From an uncultured Candidatus Saccharibacteria bacterium (GTDB lineage: Bacteria > Patescibacteriota > Dojkabacteria > SC72), in assembly GCA_964560525.1 (NCBI GenBank), contig CAZLLO010000002.1, positions 18,221 through 82,220 on the forward strand: a stretch of 64,000 bases of DNA. Direction: 5' to 3'. Both the position numbers and the translations under genes were made by a program. Shown here in pieces: positions 45,203-55,343 of the stretch (the stretch's first letter is position 1; the number at the start of each line of letters is the position of its first letter). The notes below the pieces were generated by a model. That model had not been told where the DNA came from. It saw nothing but the letters and a program-made list of their open reading frames with translations, and made no database searches.

Positions 45203-46550
45203 ATGTTACCTTGTTGGAGGTGCTGTTAAAGATATTGTAATGGGAAAAGAACCTCATGACTATGATTTAGCAACAAATGCACTTCCAGATGAAATGTTAA
45301 ATATCTTTCCAAAATCTGTATCAGTTGGTGCGAAATTTGGGACAGTAATGGCACTAGTACAGGACAATATGGGAGAAACTCATGAAATAGAGGTTACTAC
45401 ATATAGGAGTGAATCAAACTATACCGATGGTAGATGGCCAACAGATGTTAAATTTGTAGGTGAGATAGACAAGGATTTAGGAAGAAGAGACTTCACCTTT
45501 AATGCTATGGCGATTGATTTAACGGTAGCAAATTTGGATGGAAATGATGAAACGAAAGAGGTTGATATTCATGATCCATTTGGTGGTATCAAGGATATTG
45601 AATTAAAGAAAATACGTGCAGTTGGAACTCCGATTGAGAGGTTTAAGGAAGATGGTCTGAGAGCATTTAGAGCTTGTAGGCTGGCATCTCAGTTAAACTT
45701 TGATATTGATGAAGCAACATTTGAAGCCATGTCTGAGTCTGTTCCTGTTGCTGCCCAAGTTTCCATGGAGCGTATCCGAGATGAGTTCATGAAGATGCTT
45801 CTAAGGTCTTCCAAGCCATCTGTGGGTATTGATTTGATGCGAAGAGCAGGATTACTGACTCTCTTTATACCCGAGCTCTTAGAGGGGTTAGAGGTTGAAC
45901 AGAAGTTGTATCATCATGATGATGTATATTGGCATAACCTTCGAACATGTGATGTAGCACATGACAGTGTAAAATTGGCAGCCTTGTTACATGATATAGC
46001 TAAGCCTCGAACTGATATGGGTAATGGTCATTTCTATGGTCACGATAGCATGGGCGCAGACATGACGGAAGAAATTATGAAGCGTATGAAATTTTCTCAA
46101 GCAGAGATAAAGAGGGTAAAACTTCTTGTAAAGAATCATATGTTCTACTACCCACATATGGAAGAAAATATGACAGAGGAAGAAAAAAACAATATTGAAT
46201 TACACCAATGGTCTGATTCTGCAGTTAGAAGATTTCTGCAAAGAGTAGGGATAGAGAATATTGATGATCTGTTTAAATTGAGATTGGCTGATGCTCAATC
46301 TAATCCTAAGACAGCTTTTAAACCAGAAGAGATAACCTTACTTCAACAAAGGATATCAAAGGTATTACAACAGGATATGGCACTTAAGGTTACAGATTTG
46401 AAAGTTAATGGTGAGGATATTGCTCAATTAGGTATTCCGAAGGGTCCAGAAGTAGGAAGGATATTAAAGGAATTGTTAGAAATAGTTATGGATGATCCTA
46501 TGCTTAATACTAAAGAAAAGCTCTTGGAAAAAGCTGAAACACTAAGGTAG
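45132..46550 (+). CDS. cca: CCA-adding tRNA nucleotidyltransferase with HD domain
   Basis: GGAVKD...DYDLAT class-II NTase head, RDFTFNAMA, HD motif LLHDIAKP. Strong RBS AGGAGGAAAT before ATG 45132. Confidence 0.85.
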   Translation: MKVKISIPEYVQKVARMLEKEGFECYLVGGAVKDIVMGKEPHDYDLATNALPDEMLNIFPKSVSVGAKFGTVMALVQDNMGETHEIEVTTYRSESNYTDGRWPTDVKFVGEIDKDLGRRDFTFNAMAIDLTVANLDGNDETKEVDIHDPFGGIKDIELKKIRAVGTPIERFKEDGLRAFRACRLASQLNFDIDEATFEAMSESVPVAAQVSMERIRDEFMKMLLRSSKPSVGIDLMRRAGLLTLFIPELLEGLEVEQKLYHHDDVYWHNLRTCDVAHDSVKLAALLHDIAKPRTDMGNGHFYGHDSMGADMTEEIMKRMKFSQAEIKRVKLLVKNHMFYYPHMEENMTEEEKNNIELHQWSDSAVRRFLQRVGIENIDDLFKLRLADAQSNPKTAFKPEEITLLQQRISKVLQQDMALKVTDLKVNGEDIAQLGIPKGPEVGRILKELLEIVMDDPMLNTKEKLLEKAETLR

Positions 46551-46620
46551 CTATTTCTTCAGTTTCATTTTTTCCTCTTTTCCTCTATCATATACATATC
46601 TTAATTAACAAAACTGCCGT

Positions 46621-48051
46621 ATGAAAATACAGTTCTGTGGAGCTGCCAAAACAGTAACTGGATCCTGTTACTATATAGATACTGGAAGTATTAAATTTGT
46701 AGTAGATTGTGGAGCATACCAAGGCTCAGATGAACAAGAAGCACTCAACTACGAGCCATTTCCATTTGATCCATCTAGCTTGGATTTTGTATTCCTTACC
46801 CATGCACACTTTGATCACTGCGGAAGACTACCTGTACTTGTTAAGCAGGGATTTCATGGAAGAATCATATGTACACAACCAACAAGAGATTTGGCAAAAG
46901 TAGTGCTTTTGGATGCAGCTAATCTCCAGGAAGAGGAATATGAAAGATGGGTAACCAGGGCAAAAGAAGATGGAACATTTAAAAGCTCTTCTGCAGAAGA
47001 AGGTGCTACATATGTCAACAGAAAACCACTTTTTACAGTAGCAGATGTAGAAGCGATGATGAGTTTCTTTGATGTATATCCATACAGCTCATCTGTAAGT
47101 ATTAATGATAGTTTTGAATTTAGACTTAGAGATGCGGGACATATATTAGGTTCTGCAATGATGGAATTCTGGGTTAAAACAGAACTCGGTAGAACTAGGA
47201 AATTAGTATTCTCTGGCGATTTAGGTCAACCAGGTGCAAGAATAGTAAAAGATCCAGATATGGTTAGAGAGGCTGACTATGTCATTTGCGAATCTACATA
47301 TGGAGACAGAATACACAGAGACAGAAATGAAACAGTATTGGAACTTTTGGCAATATTACAACAAGCCCAAAAAGATGAAGGGAATGTATTGATACCAGCT
47401 TTTGCAATTGAAAGAGCACAAGAACTGTTGTATGAAATTAACCTATTTGTGGAGAATAGGCTACTATCTGGATTACCAATATATATAGATAGCCCAATGG
47501 CATCTAAATCTACAGAAATATTCAAACAATACCCTGATTTCTACGATGAGGATGCTAAACGACTTCTTAAAAAAGGAGATGATCCATTTACATTCCCAGG
47601 TTTACATACGGTAGAAGATGCCGAGGAATCAAAACGTTTGATATCCAAACGAGGGATTGTCATCATGGCTGGTAGTGGTATGTGTACAGGGGGAAGAATA
47701 TTACATCATTTGAAGAACAATATTGAAAACAGTAAAACACATGTTGTATTTGTTGGATTCCAAGTCAAAGGAACTTTGGGGAGAAAAATAGTAGATGGGG
47801 AGAAGTATGTACGAATATTTGGAAGAGAATATGAGAATAGGGCACATGTACATACTTTAGGAGGATTCTCTGCCCATGCAGATGAGCATGATTTAAGATA
47901 TTGGTTAGGAAGTTTTGGACATACACCAAAACGAATATTCTTTGTCCATGGGGAAGAGCAAGTTGCTAATGGCTTTGCTGAGAAAGTATATCAAGAGTTA
48001 CAGATAGATACATATGTTCCTAATTTAAATGAAGTTATTGAATTGAAGTAG
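46621..48051 (+). CDS. MBL-fold beta-CASP ribonuclease (RNase J / CPSF-like)
   Basis: HAHFDHCG motif 2, beta-CASP motifs A-C, C-terminal HxHGxxxE-like region (HVHTLGGFSAHAD); 476 aa. Confidence 0.75.
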   Translation: MKIQFCGAAKTVTGSCYYIDTGSIKFVVDCGAYQGSDEQEALNYEPFPFDPSSLDFVFLTHAHFDHCGRLPVLVKQGFHGRIICTQPTRDLAKVVLLDAANLQEEEYERWVTRAKEDGTFKSSSAEEGATYVNRKPLFTVADVEAMMSFFDVYPYSSSVSINDSFEFRLRDAGHILGSAMMEFWVKTELGRTRKLVFSGDLGQPGARIVKDPDMVREADYVICESTYGDRIHRDRNETVLELLAILQQAQKDEGNVLIPAFAIERAQELLYEINLFVENRLLSGLPIYIDSPMASKSTEIFKQYPDFYDEDAKRLLKKGDDPFTFPGLHTVEDAEESKRLISKRGIVIMAGSGMCTGGRILHHLKNNIENSKTHVVFVGFQVKGTLGRKIVDGEKYVRIFGREYENRAHVHTLGGFSAHADEHDLRYWLGSFGHTPKRIFFVHGEEQVANGFAEKVYQELQIDTYVPNLNEVIELK

Positions 48052-48052
48052 T

Positions 48053-49000
48053 ATGGAAAAATATCCTGAGATAGAGAAAATATATGAAGATATACAAAAG
48101 TTGAACATACAGGGAGCAACCAATGTAGCTATTTCTACCTTTGAGGGTATCAAGATTTACTTGGAAATGACAAAGGAAACAGATGCTCAAAAGGTATATC
48201 AAGACATATTTGACATTGGGGATCGACTATCTAAGGTGAGGCCTAATGAACCGTTGGCAGTGAATGGTATGAAATATGTAAAACATATTTTCAAAAAAGA
48301 ATTTTCTGTTTTACCAAGCGTGTCCATTATGAAACAAAGGTTTGTTGAGCTTTGTGATGAATATCTTCAAATGATTTCCGAATCGAAGAAAAATATCATA
48401 GAGAAGAATAAGGAATATCTAAAAAACTATGACAAAGTGTTTACACATTGTCACTCTTCCACTGCAGAAATCCTGATCAAGGAATTAGAACAGAAGGATA
48501 AGGAGTTTGAGGTAGTGTGCACAGAAACTAGGCCAAGATTCCAAGGTAGGATTACAGCAAAGAATTTAGTAAATGCGGGGGTCAAGACTACATTGATAAC
48601 GGATAGTGCAGCTGATTCTTTCGTTATAAATCGTGGGAATGTCCCGATAGACGTGGTTTTCTTAGGGTGTGATGAGATCATGAAAGGTGGATATATAATA
48701 AATAAGATTGGAAGTTGGGGCATAGCTATGAGTGCCCATTATGCGGATAAACCTGTATATGTAATTGCACCTCTTCTAAAAGTAGACGAGAGCTCATATC
48801 ACGGAAATGTTGAGATAGAAGTGAGGGAGGATTCCGAAATATGGCCAGAGGCACCAAGAGGGTTGGAGATATATAATCCTGCATTTGAGATAGTGGATAA
48901 TGTCCTAATTACTGGTTTTGCCACAGAATTTGGTATAGTTAAACCATCAGATATAGATTCTGTTACCAAAGAGAAATATCCATGGATATTTGATAGCTAA
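48053..49000 (+). CDS. eIF-2B alpha/beta/delta-family sugar-phosphate isomerase (probable ribose-1,5-bisphosphate isomerase)
   Basis: VFLGCDEIMKGGYIINKIGSWGIAMSAHYADKPVYVIAPLLKVD matches the family C-terminal GAD-x-I...NKIGT...P-x-YV block. It is adjacent to the AMP phosphorylase gene. Confidence 0.55.
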   Translation: MEKYPEIEKIYEDIQKLNIQGATNVAISTFEGIKIYLEMTKETDAQKVYQDIFDIGDRLSKVRPNEPLAVNGMKYVKHIFKKEFSVLPSVSIMKQRFVELCDEYLQMISESKKNIIEKNKEYLKNYDKVFTHCHSSTAEILIKELEQKDKEFEVVCTETRPRFQGRITAKNLVNAGVKTTLITDSAADSFVINRGNVPIDVVFLGCDEIMKGGYIINKIGSWGIAMSAHYADKPVYVIAPLLKVDESSYHGNVEIEVREDSEIWPEAPRGLEIYNPAFEIVDNVLITGFATEFGIVKPSDIDSVTKEKYPWIFDS

Positions 49001-49017
49001 CTTTTTACTTACTAGTT

Positions 49018-50529
49018 ATGTCTTTTTACTTAAGAAGCAAAATATTGGATTTGGGAGAAGATAATAGTTTTAATGTTGTTCTCCATAGGAAAGATGCTGA
49101 GAAATTGGGTGTAAAAGAGGGAGAACTTTTGTATGTTGGTATTGGTGATGTTGAACTGTATGCGGATGTTATAGAAACGGAAGATAGAGTTAATCCAGGT
49201 GAGATAGGTTTGTTTGAAGAAATATGGAAAGGATACAAAATAGTTGGAGGACGTACAATCTTTGTAGATATTCCTGAGCGTAGTAAATCATTAGAAGCAA
49301 TTAGTAGGAAGCTTTTAGGTCATGATCTTTCTAAAGAGGATTTGGAATTAATTATGCAAGATATTGCATCTAGGAGATTGAGAGAAACAGAGATTGCTTT
49401 TTTCATATCTACGTTCTTTAATCCTGGTTTTAATGAAGAGGAGATATATTGGATGACTCAGGGTATGGCACAATCAGGGGATTCTTTGTCGTTTAAGGGC
49501 TTGAGAGGTAAGGACTCAGTTATAGCGGATAAGCATTCCATTGGTGGTGTGGCTGGTAAGGGTATTACACCCGTACTTGTACCTATCTTGATATGTGGAG
49601 GGTTAGTTGTCCCGAATACTTCTTCTAGGGCCATAACAGCTCCTTCAGGTACCTCAGATATCCTTGAGGTTGTTATGCCTGTTTCATTAACAGAGGAACA
49701 AATTAAAGAGGTTGTTAAAAGAACGGGTGGTTGTTTGTTCTGGGGTGGTTCTTTGAGCATCTCTCCAGCAGACGATGTAATTATTAATGTTGAGAGATCC
49801 CTTCGTATTCAGGAGTACCAAAAGGTATTGGTGAGTATTGTAGCTAAGAAAGTTGCTTTGGGGATAGAGAATATTTTAATAGATCTTCCATATGGTAAGG
49901 GTAGTAAGATAGAGGTTACAGAGGATGTGTTTAAATTAGCAAAAGAGTTTAAGAAACTGTTTAAGAAATTTGGTATCGAATGTGAAACGACGACTCGTAA
50001 GGTTAATGGTCCTGATGGTAGAGGCATAGGTCCTAACCTTGAAATTAAAGAATCACTTAAAATACTTGAGAGAGAAGGTACTGCATCCCTAGAAATGGAA
50101 AAGGTATGTATTGATATGGCTGGAATCCTCTTTGAAGCCACAGGGATATCAAAAGAGGGGGAGGGTAAAGTTCTTGCTCAAGAGATATTGGATTCTAAAA
50201 AAGCATATGAAAAATTCTGGGAGATAGGTTTTGCTCAAGGTGCTACTAAGATTGTAAGAGCAAGTGATATTAAGACAGGAAATCTAAGCTATGATATTAA
50301 ATCAAAGGTTAGTGGTGTTGTTAAAATGATTAGTAGTATAGAGATCGTTAATGTAGCTCGTGCTCTTGGTTGTCCTCGTATAAAGGAAGCGGGTATGTAT
50401 ATGCACAAGATGCCAGGAGAGAGTGTAAGCAAGGGTGATGTACTTTTCACCATGTATGCTACTTCTGAAGATAGGTTAGAGAATGGTAAGAAAGCAGCAA
50501 ATATTGAAAAGATGTATGAGATAATTTAG
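49018..50529 (+). CDS. AMP phosphorylase (thymidine-phosphorylase family, archaeal-type with N-terminal extension)
   Basis: Pyrimidine-nucleoside phosphorylase core (KHSIGGVAGKGITPVLVPI...TSSRAITAPSGTSD) with an extra N-terminal domain of about 80 aa; 503 aa total. Confidence 0.6.
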   Translation: MSFYLRSKILDLGEDNSFNVVLHRKDAEKLGVKEGELLYVGIGDVELYADVIETEDRVNPGEIGLFEEIWKGYKIVGGRTIFVDIPERSKSLEAISRKLLGHDLSKEDLELIMQDIASRRLRETEIAFFISTFFNPGFNEEEIYWMTQGMAQSGDSLSFKGLRGKDSVIADKHSIGGVAGKGITPVLVPILICGGLVVPNTSSRAITAPSGTSDILEVVMPVSLTEEQIKEVVKRTGGCLFWGGSLSISPADDVIINVERSLRIQEYQKVLVSIVAKKVALGIENILIDLPYGKGSKIEVTEDVFKLAKEFKKLFKKFGIECETTTRKVNGPDGRGIGPNLEIKESLKILEREGTASLEMEKVCIDMAGILFEATGISKEGEGKVLAQEILDSKKAYEKFWEIGFAQGATKIVRASDIKTGNLSYDIKSKVSGVVKMISSIEIVNVARALGCPRIKEAGMYMHKMPGESVSKGDVLFTMYATSEDRLENGKKAANIEKMYEII

Positions 50530-52391
50530 ATAACGATCTTATTTCTCTCTTTTCTTTTTACTTTTCGTACAATACTTCTAGTAACAAATACTATTATAGA
50601 TATTACTACGACAAGGAGTATAACAGGTCCCGTTATGATGATCGCTTTACCTACAGTAGTTGTCTTTAAGAATGTATTAAACCATTGCCCAACACTATAT
50701 CCATTGCTTTGAGGAAGATCTTCAGTAGATTCATATCCTTTATCAGGTACTAAGTCTATATATGTTTTTAATGTCTTAAAATCAATATTACTACTATCTA
50801 CACCATAAACATTTAAGTTATATCCATCTGTAGTCAATACATCTATATTATCTGCTGAATATACCTTTATATTTGAAAGCGTATCACCGTTGAATACCTC
50901 CCAAAGTACTCTATCTATACTCTGTCCAATCTTCATATTACTACTCTCTAAGGTAGGATCTACAGAAAGCCATCCATAATCTGGAATCCAAATTTGTACC
51001 CATTGGTGTCTTACTTGAGATTCCTCTTTTTCTCCTAGACTCGCATATCCTAGTGCTGCTCTTGCTGGAATACCTTGGGCTCTAAGTAATGCAATCATGG
51101 AATCTGCATATTCCATACACACGGAAGCACCACCTTCTAGTGCTGCTTTTGCCCCGATTCTTTCATTTTCTGAATTGGCCTTGTTCTGATCATATGTTAA
51201 TTTACTTCCTACATACTCATAATCCGCCCTTATGATATCCATGATAGTGACTTTTCCCTCAAGTAGTTTGCTTGCCTCTGCCTGTACAAAGGAGTCTGTA
51301 GATTGCCAATATGTTGTAGCATTTAAATACCTATTTAAATATGAGCTTTCCTTTACCTTCGATTTGTAGTTATCCCAACCTAAGTCCATGCTAGCCTTGG
51401 TAGCATCGTAGCTATCTTGGTTAACAACAATATATCCTTCAACAGTGATCGTACCAATCTGGTTAGAAGCTACTTCGAAAGACGCTATGATATTACCCTC
51501 TTCATCTTGTGAGATATTCGAGGGAGTAGGGGTTACATTGGTGAAATATACCTTTTGTTTAGTTTCATCAAATTCTCTAGGTAGAGAGATCTCAAATATA
51601 TTTGTAGAGAGGGCTTTAAATACGTCTGCATATTTTTCGGGTATGAGGGTATCTGTCTTTGGAGTAGTGTATGTTAATGCAAACTTGTAGGTTACAGAAT
51701 TCCCAAATTCTAGATATGGAGAATTCTCAATCCTATTATCCTGTGCAAATGAATATGTAGTTTTTCCACTCTTTGTAGTTTTGGTAAATTCAGATGGATA
51801 TATCTTGGCTAATTGTCCAATGTTGCTATCTGTAATTATGCTTAGATTGTAGTTAAATTGTGTAAGAGTATTAGTATTTTTGTCTGTTTGCTGAAATGCA
51901 ATATCTTCTGGTAATGCTGGAGCTTGGAGTGTCACAAAGTTCATAACTTTAGTTACGTAATCGTGTGTAAGGTAAGAGATTTGGATAGCGTATGGCGAGC
52001 TTGAAGTTGTTTGCTTGTAATTTGGTACATTTATATATATTCCTTCGCCATCATCTTTTTGTTCTACGGTATATTTAATTTTTGTTCCATTCGCACTCGT
52101 GACTTTGAGAGAGTCTAGTTTGTATTTTCGCTCTGCGGTAATTTTCTCTGTTGTTATATTGGGTAGGTCTGGAATATTGAAAACCTTTTCTCCTGTTGCA
52201 GGGTAGTAGTAATCACTATTTACAACGGTTCTTGTATATTTGGTTGTTACATTGGTAAAGGTGTCCCCAGTTGTATATTCAATGTTTGTAGTTGAATCTA
52301 TAACGAAGTCTGCTGATTTAGCAAATATCCTAGTCGGAAAAAGTATGCACAAAAAGGCAATACTAAGAATATATATGAAGAGCTTTTTCAT
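50526..52391 (-). CDS. Surface-anchored transglutaminase-like cysteine-protease-fold protein
   Basis: Signal peptide, large ectodomain, transglutaminase core Cys (GASVCMEYADSMIALLRAQGIPAR), His (HQWVQIWIP), Asp (SVDPT). C-terminal TM plus basic tail. Confidence 0.6.
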   Translation of the reverse strand: MKKLFIYILSIAFLCILFPTRIFAKSADFVIDSTTNIEYTTGDTFTNVTTKYTRTVVNSDYYYPATGEKVFNIPDLPNITTEKITAERKYKLDSLKVTSANGTKIKYTVEQKDDGEGIYINVPNYKQTTSSSPYAIQISYLTHDYVTKVMNFVTLQAPALPEDIAFQQTDKNTNTLTQFNYNLSIITDSNIGQLAKIYPSEFTKTTKSGKTTYSFAQDNRIENSPYLEFGNSVTYKFALTYTTPKTDTLIPEKYADVFKALSTNIFEISLPREFDETKQKVYFTNVTPTPSNISQDEEGNIIASFEVASNQIGTITVEGYIVVNQDSYDATKASMDLGWDNYKSKVKESSYLNRYLNATTYWQSTDSFVQAEASKLLEGKVTIMDIIRADYEYVGSKLTYDQNKANSENERIGAKAALEGGASVCMEYADSMIALLRAQGIPARAALGYASLGEKEESQVRHQWVQIWIPDYGWLSVDPTLESSNMKIGQSIDRVLWEVFNGDTLSNIKVYSADNIDVLTTDGYNLNVYGVDSSNIDFKTLKTYIDLVPDKGYESTEDLPQSNGYSVGQWFNTFLKTTTVGKAIIITGPVILLVVVISIIVFVTRSIVRKVKRKERNKIVI

Positions 52392-52491
52392 TGTATTGGT
52401 TTGGGCTATGTAATGTAGTTAATATGATAGCATAATTGAAAAAGAATGAGGGAGGACCTATAATGGCAGTTCGATTTACACATCGAAAGGA

Positions 52492-52827
52492 TTGTTCAAA
52501 AAGGAGAAAAAAGAGGTGTTTAGGATTGGTGCAAGTGAGGATGTAGTTGATATATACAATGGATTGTTGGATGAAGGGAAGGCAGACTTAGAGGTAGCGG
52601 GTATTTGCTTTAATGAGATCGAACGTAGGTTTGGGACCTGGGATAGGTTGAAGAAAGTGTATGATGTGCTTCATCCTAGTATCCTAAGACAGATGGTTGT
52701 TCATCTTCTAGCGAAAGCAGCGTCTACAACAGAAGAGTTGGAGGAGACACTTTTGTTTTGTGATGACAATAATCCTGGTCCAAGAGGCTTGGTTCAAGAT
52801 AAGTTAGTAAAACTTTCTAATGTGTAA
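52492..52827 (+). CDS. Hypothetical small protein (TTG start), ends in ...LSNV
   Basis: A 111-aa ORF. The hairpin repeat begins within its last codons. Confidence 0.35.
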   Translation: MFKKEKKEVFRIGASEDVVDIYNGLLDEGKADLEVAGICFNEIERRFGTWDRLKKVYDVLHPSILRQMVVHLLAKAASTTEELEETLLFCDDNNPGPRGLVQDKLVKLSNV

Positions 52828-52832
52828 ATCTG

Positions 52833-52901
52833 AAAAACCTGCTCAATCTGTTGAGCCTCTATTTTGATTTTATTATCAAGAGGCTCACAGAATTGGTTTT
52901 C
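52833..52901 (+). repeat. Long imperfect hairpin element, copy A (AAAAACCTGCTCAATCTGTTGAGCCTC ... GAGGCTCACAGAATTGGTTTTC)
   Basis: An inverted repeat of about 25 nt around a 20-nt AT loop, followed by TTTTC. Likely a terminator for 52492..52827. Confidence 0.5.
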
Positions 52902-52994
52902 CTGTATTTAAGAATTGAAAAACAAAGGCCGAAAGCCTATAATGTTATCTGCGACATACACATTCGAGGAACATTAAAAATTCGGAGGGATAAG

Positions 52995-53387
52995 ATGAGT
53001 GACCTAGAAATAGCATTTAGCAATTGTTATCGCGAGGCTCGTAATCTCGGGATTATGAATCCTACATTGGAAGCAGGGTTTTTCACTGCTACCAAACAGT
53101 TCTTTGGCAAAAGTTGGGAAGAACTGGATCATTTCTGGGGACATCTTCCAGCGGCAAGTACTCTTTTCCAAAGCGTCGAGGAAGAACTAACTCTTCTAGC
53201 TACCACGCCTAAACAATTAGTTGTTTGTTCAGCTGTTGGAAAGCAAGGGGGTATTTGGCCAGTGCCAAAGATCTTGGAGGACAAGATTAGAGAGTTCGCA
53301 AAAGTGCCTGGGAACAGAGTGGAATTTCAAAATCACTCACATGGTTGGAACGACAAAGCAATAGTGAAATATTTTGAGAATGTGTAG
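52995..53387 (+). CDS. Hypothetical small protein, ends in ...FENV; possible distant paralog of 52492..52827
   Basis: Perfect RBS GGAGGGA 4 nt before ATG 52995. Putative promoter TTGAAA(17)TATAAT at about 52914-52942. A 130-aa acidic helical protein. Confidence 0.4.
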   Translation: MSDLEIAFSNCYREARNLGIMNPTLEAGFFTATKQFFGKSWEELDHFWGHLPAASTLFQSVEEELTLLATTPKQLVVCSAVGKQGGIWPVPKILEDKIREFAKVPGNRVEFQNHSHGWNDKAIVKYFENV

Positions 53388-53389
53388 CT

Positions 53390-53449
53390 TAAAAACCTGC
53401 TCAATCTGTGAGCCTCATATATACTATGAAGCTCACAGAATTGGTTTTC
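53390..53449 (+). repeat. Long imperfect hairpin element, copy B (AAAAACCTGCTCAATCTGTGAGCCTC ... GAAGCTCACAGAATTGGTTTTC)
   Basis: Same arms as copy A with a different loop. Starts immediately after the stop of 52995..53387. Confidence 0.5.
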
Positions 53450-53489
53450 ATATATCCAAAACCTTAATATTAGGATATAATTCAACATT

Positions 53490-54581
53490 ATGTCAGTAAA
53501 AAGATCACATTCATTGTCACTAGGTATTGTAGGACTTCCTAATTCAGGAAAATCTACAATATTTAATGCTCTAACCAAATTAACAGTACCTGCAGAAAAT
53601 TTTCCTTTTTGTACGATAGATAAAAACGTTGGGGTCGTAGAGATCCCAGATGAAAGATTAAAAAGAATGTCCGAATTCTTCCGTGCACAAAAGATTGTAC
53701 CTTCAGCTATGACCTTTGTAGATATAGCGGGATTGGTAAAAGGAGCATCAAAGGGAGAAGGATTGGGGAACCAATTCCTTTCACATATTAGAGAAACTGA
53801 TGTCATTATGTATGTACTTAGAGCTTTTGAAAGTAAAGAGATAGTACATGTATATGAAAGAGTAAATCCTGTAGAGGATTTTGAGATTGTGCAAGCTGAG
53901 TTAATATTCAAGGATATTGAAACAGTAGAGAAGAGAATGGGTGCTGTAGAGAAGATGGCTAGAGTAGGTGATAAGATAGCGGGGGAGGAGAAAGAGCTTC
54001 TAGAGAAAATACTAGATGGATTGAACAAGGGTATTCCAGTTGTAGAGATGAATTTTACGGAGAGAGAAAAAGAGATGGTATATGATTTATGGTTGTTAAC
54101 AAGCAAGAGAAGAATGTTTGTTTTGAACTGTAAAGAGGGTTTGGAGAATGAAAAGATTGAACAATGGAAGAAGGAATTAGAAGAGAAAACAAAAGACTTA
54201 GTAATCATGGCTGATGTGAAATTAGTAGGAGAGATGGAGGATGAAAATGAATATGCTGAGTTATTGGGTTATGTTCCTAAATCTGTTAAGGATATTATTA
54301 AAGGGGCATATGATGCTCTCAATCTCATAACTTTCTATACTGGTTCTGAGAAGGAATGTAATGCATGGACTATTGAGAAGGGTGCTAATGCTAAGGAGGC
54401 TGCTGGGGTTATACATACTGATTTAGAAAACAATTTCATCACGGCTGATGTGGTTAATGTTGATGCTTTGTTAGATGCTGGGGGTTGGGTTAAGGCTAAG
54501 GAATTGGGTTTAGTTAAGAATCATGGTAAGGATTACATTGTTCAGGATGGTGACTACATTATTATTCTTGCGAACAAGTAA
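53490..54581 (+). CDS. ychF: Ribosome-binding ATPase YchF (Obg-like ATPase)
   Basis: GIVGLPNSGKSTIFNALT G1 motif, NxxD, C-terminal TGS domain. Confidence 0.9.
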   Translation: MSVKRSHSLSLGIVGLPNSGKSTIFNALTKLTVPAENFPFCTIDKNVGVVEIPDERLKRMSEFFRAQKIVPSAMTFVDIAGLVKGASKGEGLGNQFLSHIRETDVIMYVLRAFESKEIVHVYERVNPVEDFEIVQAELIFKDIETVEKRMGAVEKMARVGDKIAGEEKELLEKILDGLNKGIPVVEMNFTEREKEMVYDLWLLTSKRRMFVLNCKEGLENEKIEQWKKELEEKTKDLVIMADVKLVGEMEDENEYAELLGYVPKSVKDIIKGAYDALNLITFYTGSEKECNAWTIEKGANAKEAAGVIHTDLENNFITADVVNVDALLDAGGWVKAKELGLVKNHGKDYIVQDGDYIIILANK

Positions 54582-54719
54582 GAATTTTTCAAAAAAAATA
54601 CTGTTGTAGTAGATATTTACAACGAATTAAATATCCCATAGAATTATGTTGTCTTTTTGTTGGAACTTATGTTCCATATCGTATTCGCTCATTATATGCT
54701 TGGGGAAAGGAGTACAAAG

Positions 54720-55187
54720 ATGTTTAGATTTGAGAGGAATATAGGCGTCGGAGTGCCATATTTTCTAAGAAAAAGAGCTATTTTCTTGCAAGAAAATATG
54801 TTGGGAGAAGCTTTCCTTTTTCAGAAAATAACACTAACAGTTCCACCTGTTGCCAGTGTCATTATTGGACTGCAGGTTGGGGATTTCGATGATGATGAAA
54901 TGTTTGAACTTAAGGAAGGAAAAAAAGATCTTGAACAGATTAAGGCAATTTTTGAAGAACATCGATTTCATAATATGAAAGAGGTAGGGGAATATGTTTA
55001 CTTCGTTATTGACCGCAGATCATTGGCACCATCTCTCCTACTTGGTTTTTCAAATGGCCCCAAAAAGAAAGACCTTGTTGGAATTTGGAGATTTGATCCT
55101 CGAGCCGATGCACCAGTTTTCGGTGAACGAGGAGAATTTCTTAGATTTGTAAAAAAAGGATCTACTGTAGTGGATTTTGATTATTAA
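54720..55187 (+). CDS. Hypothetical protein
   Basis: ATG at 54720 preceded by GGAAAGGAG. The ORF track's longer 54657 start lacks an RBS. No recognisable motifs. Confidence 0.35.
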   Translation: MFRFERNIGVGVPYFLRKRAIFLQENMLGEAFLFQKITLTVPPVASVIIGLQVGDFDDDEMFELKEGKKDLEQIKAIFEEHRFHNMKEVGEYVYFVIDRRSLAPSLLLGFSNGPKKKDLVGIWRFDPRADAPVFGERGEFLRFVKKGSTVVDFDY

Positions 55188-55343
55188 CAAAAAGACAAAA
55201 AAGGGTAGTGGACTATTCGAATGTTGGATTTATCCAATTTCTGGTCCACTGCACCACCCTTTTGGATAAAGATAGTTGTATTACCTAATATTTTCTGCTA
55301 AAATCCTTTCCTGTTACAAACATAAGTTATATATATTGGTTAA

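Noticed and set aside
52463-52543. 26-codon ORF (MAVRFTHRKDCSKRRKKRCLGLVQVRM) with a strong GAGGGAGG RBS upstream of 52492..52827
   Set aside because: It could be a leader peptide. It is too short and unsupported to call, and it overlaps the TTG-start ORF in another frame. It is noted only as a possible upstream regulatory ORF.
52833-53449. Hairpin pairs flanking small genes considered as integron attC sites / gene cassettes
   Set aside because: No attC core sites (R'' RYYYAAC / R' GTTRRRY), no intI or attI nearby. Each hairpin also has a U-rich tail and sits exactly at a gene 3' end, consistent with duplicated terminators.
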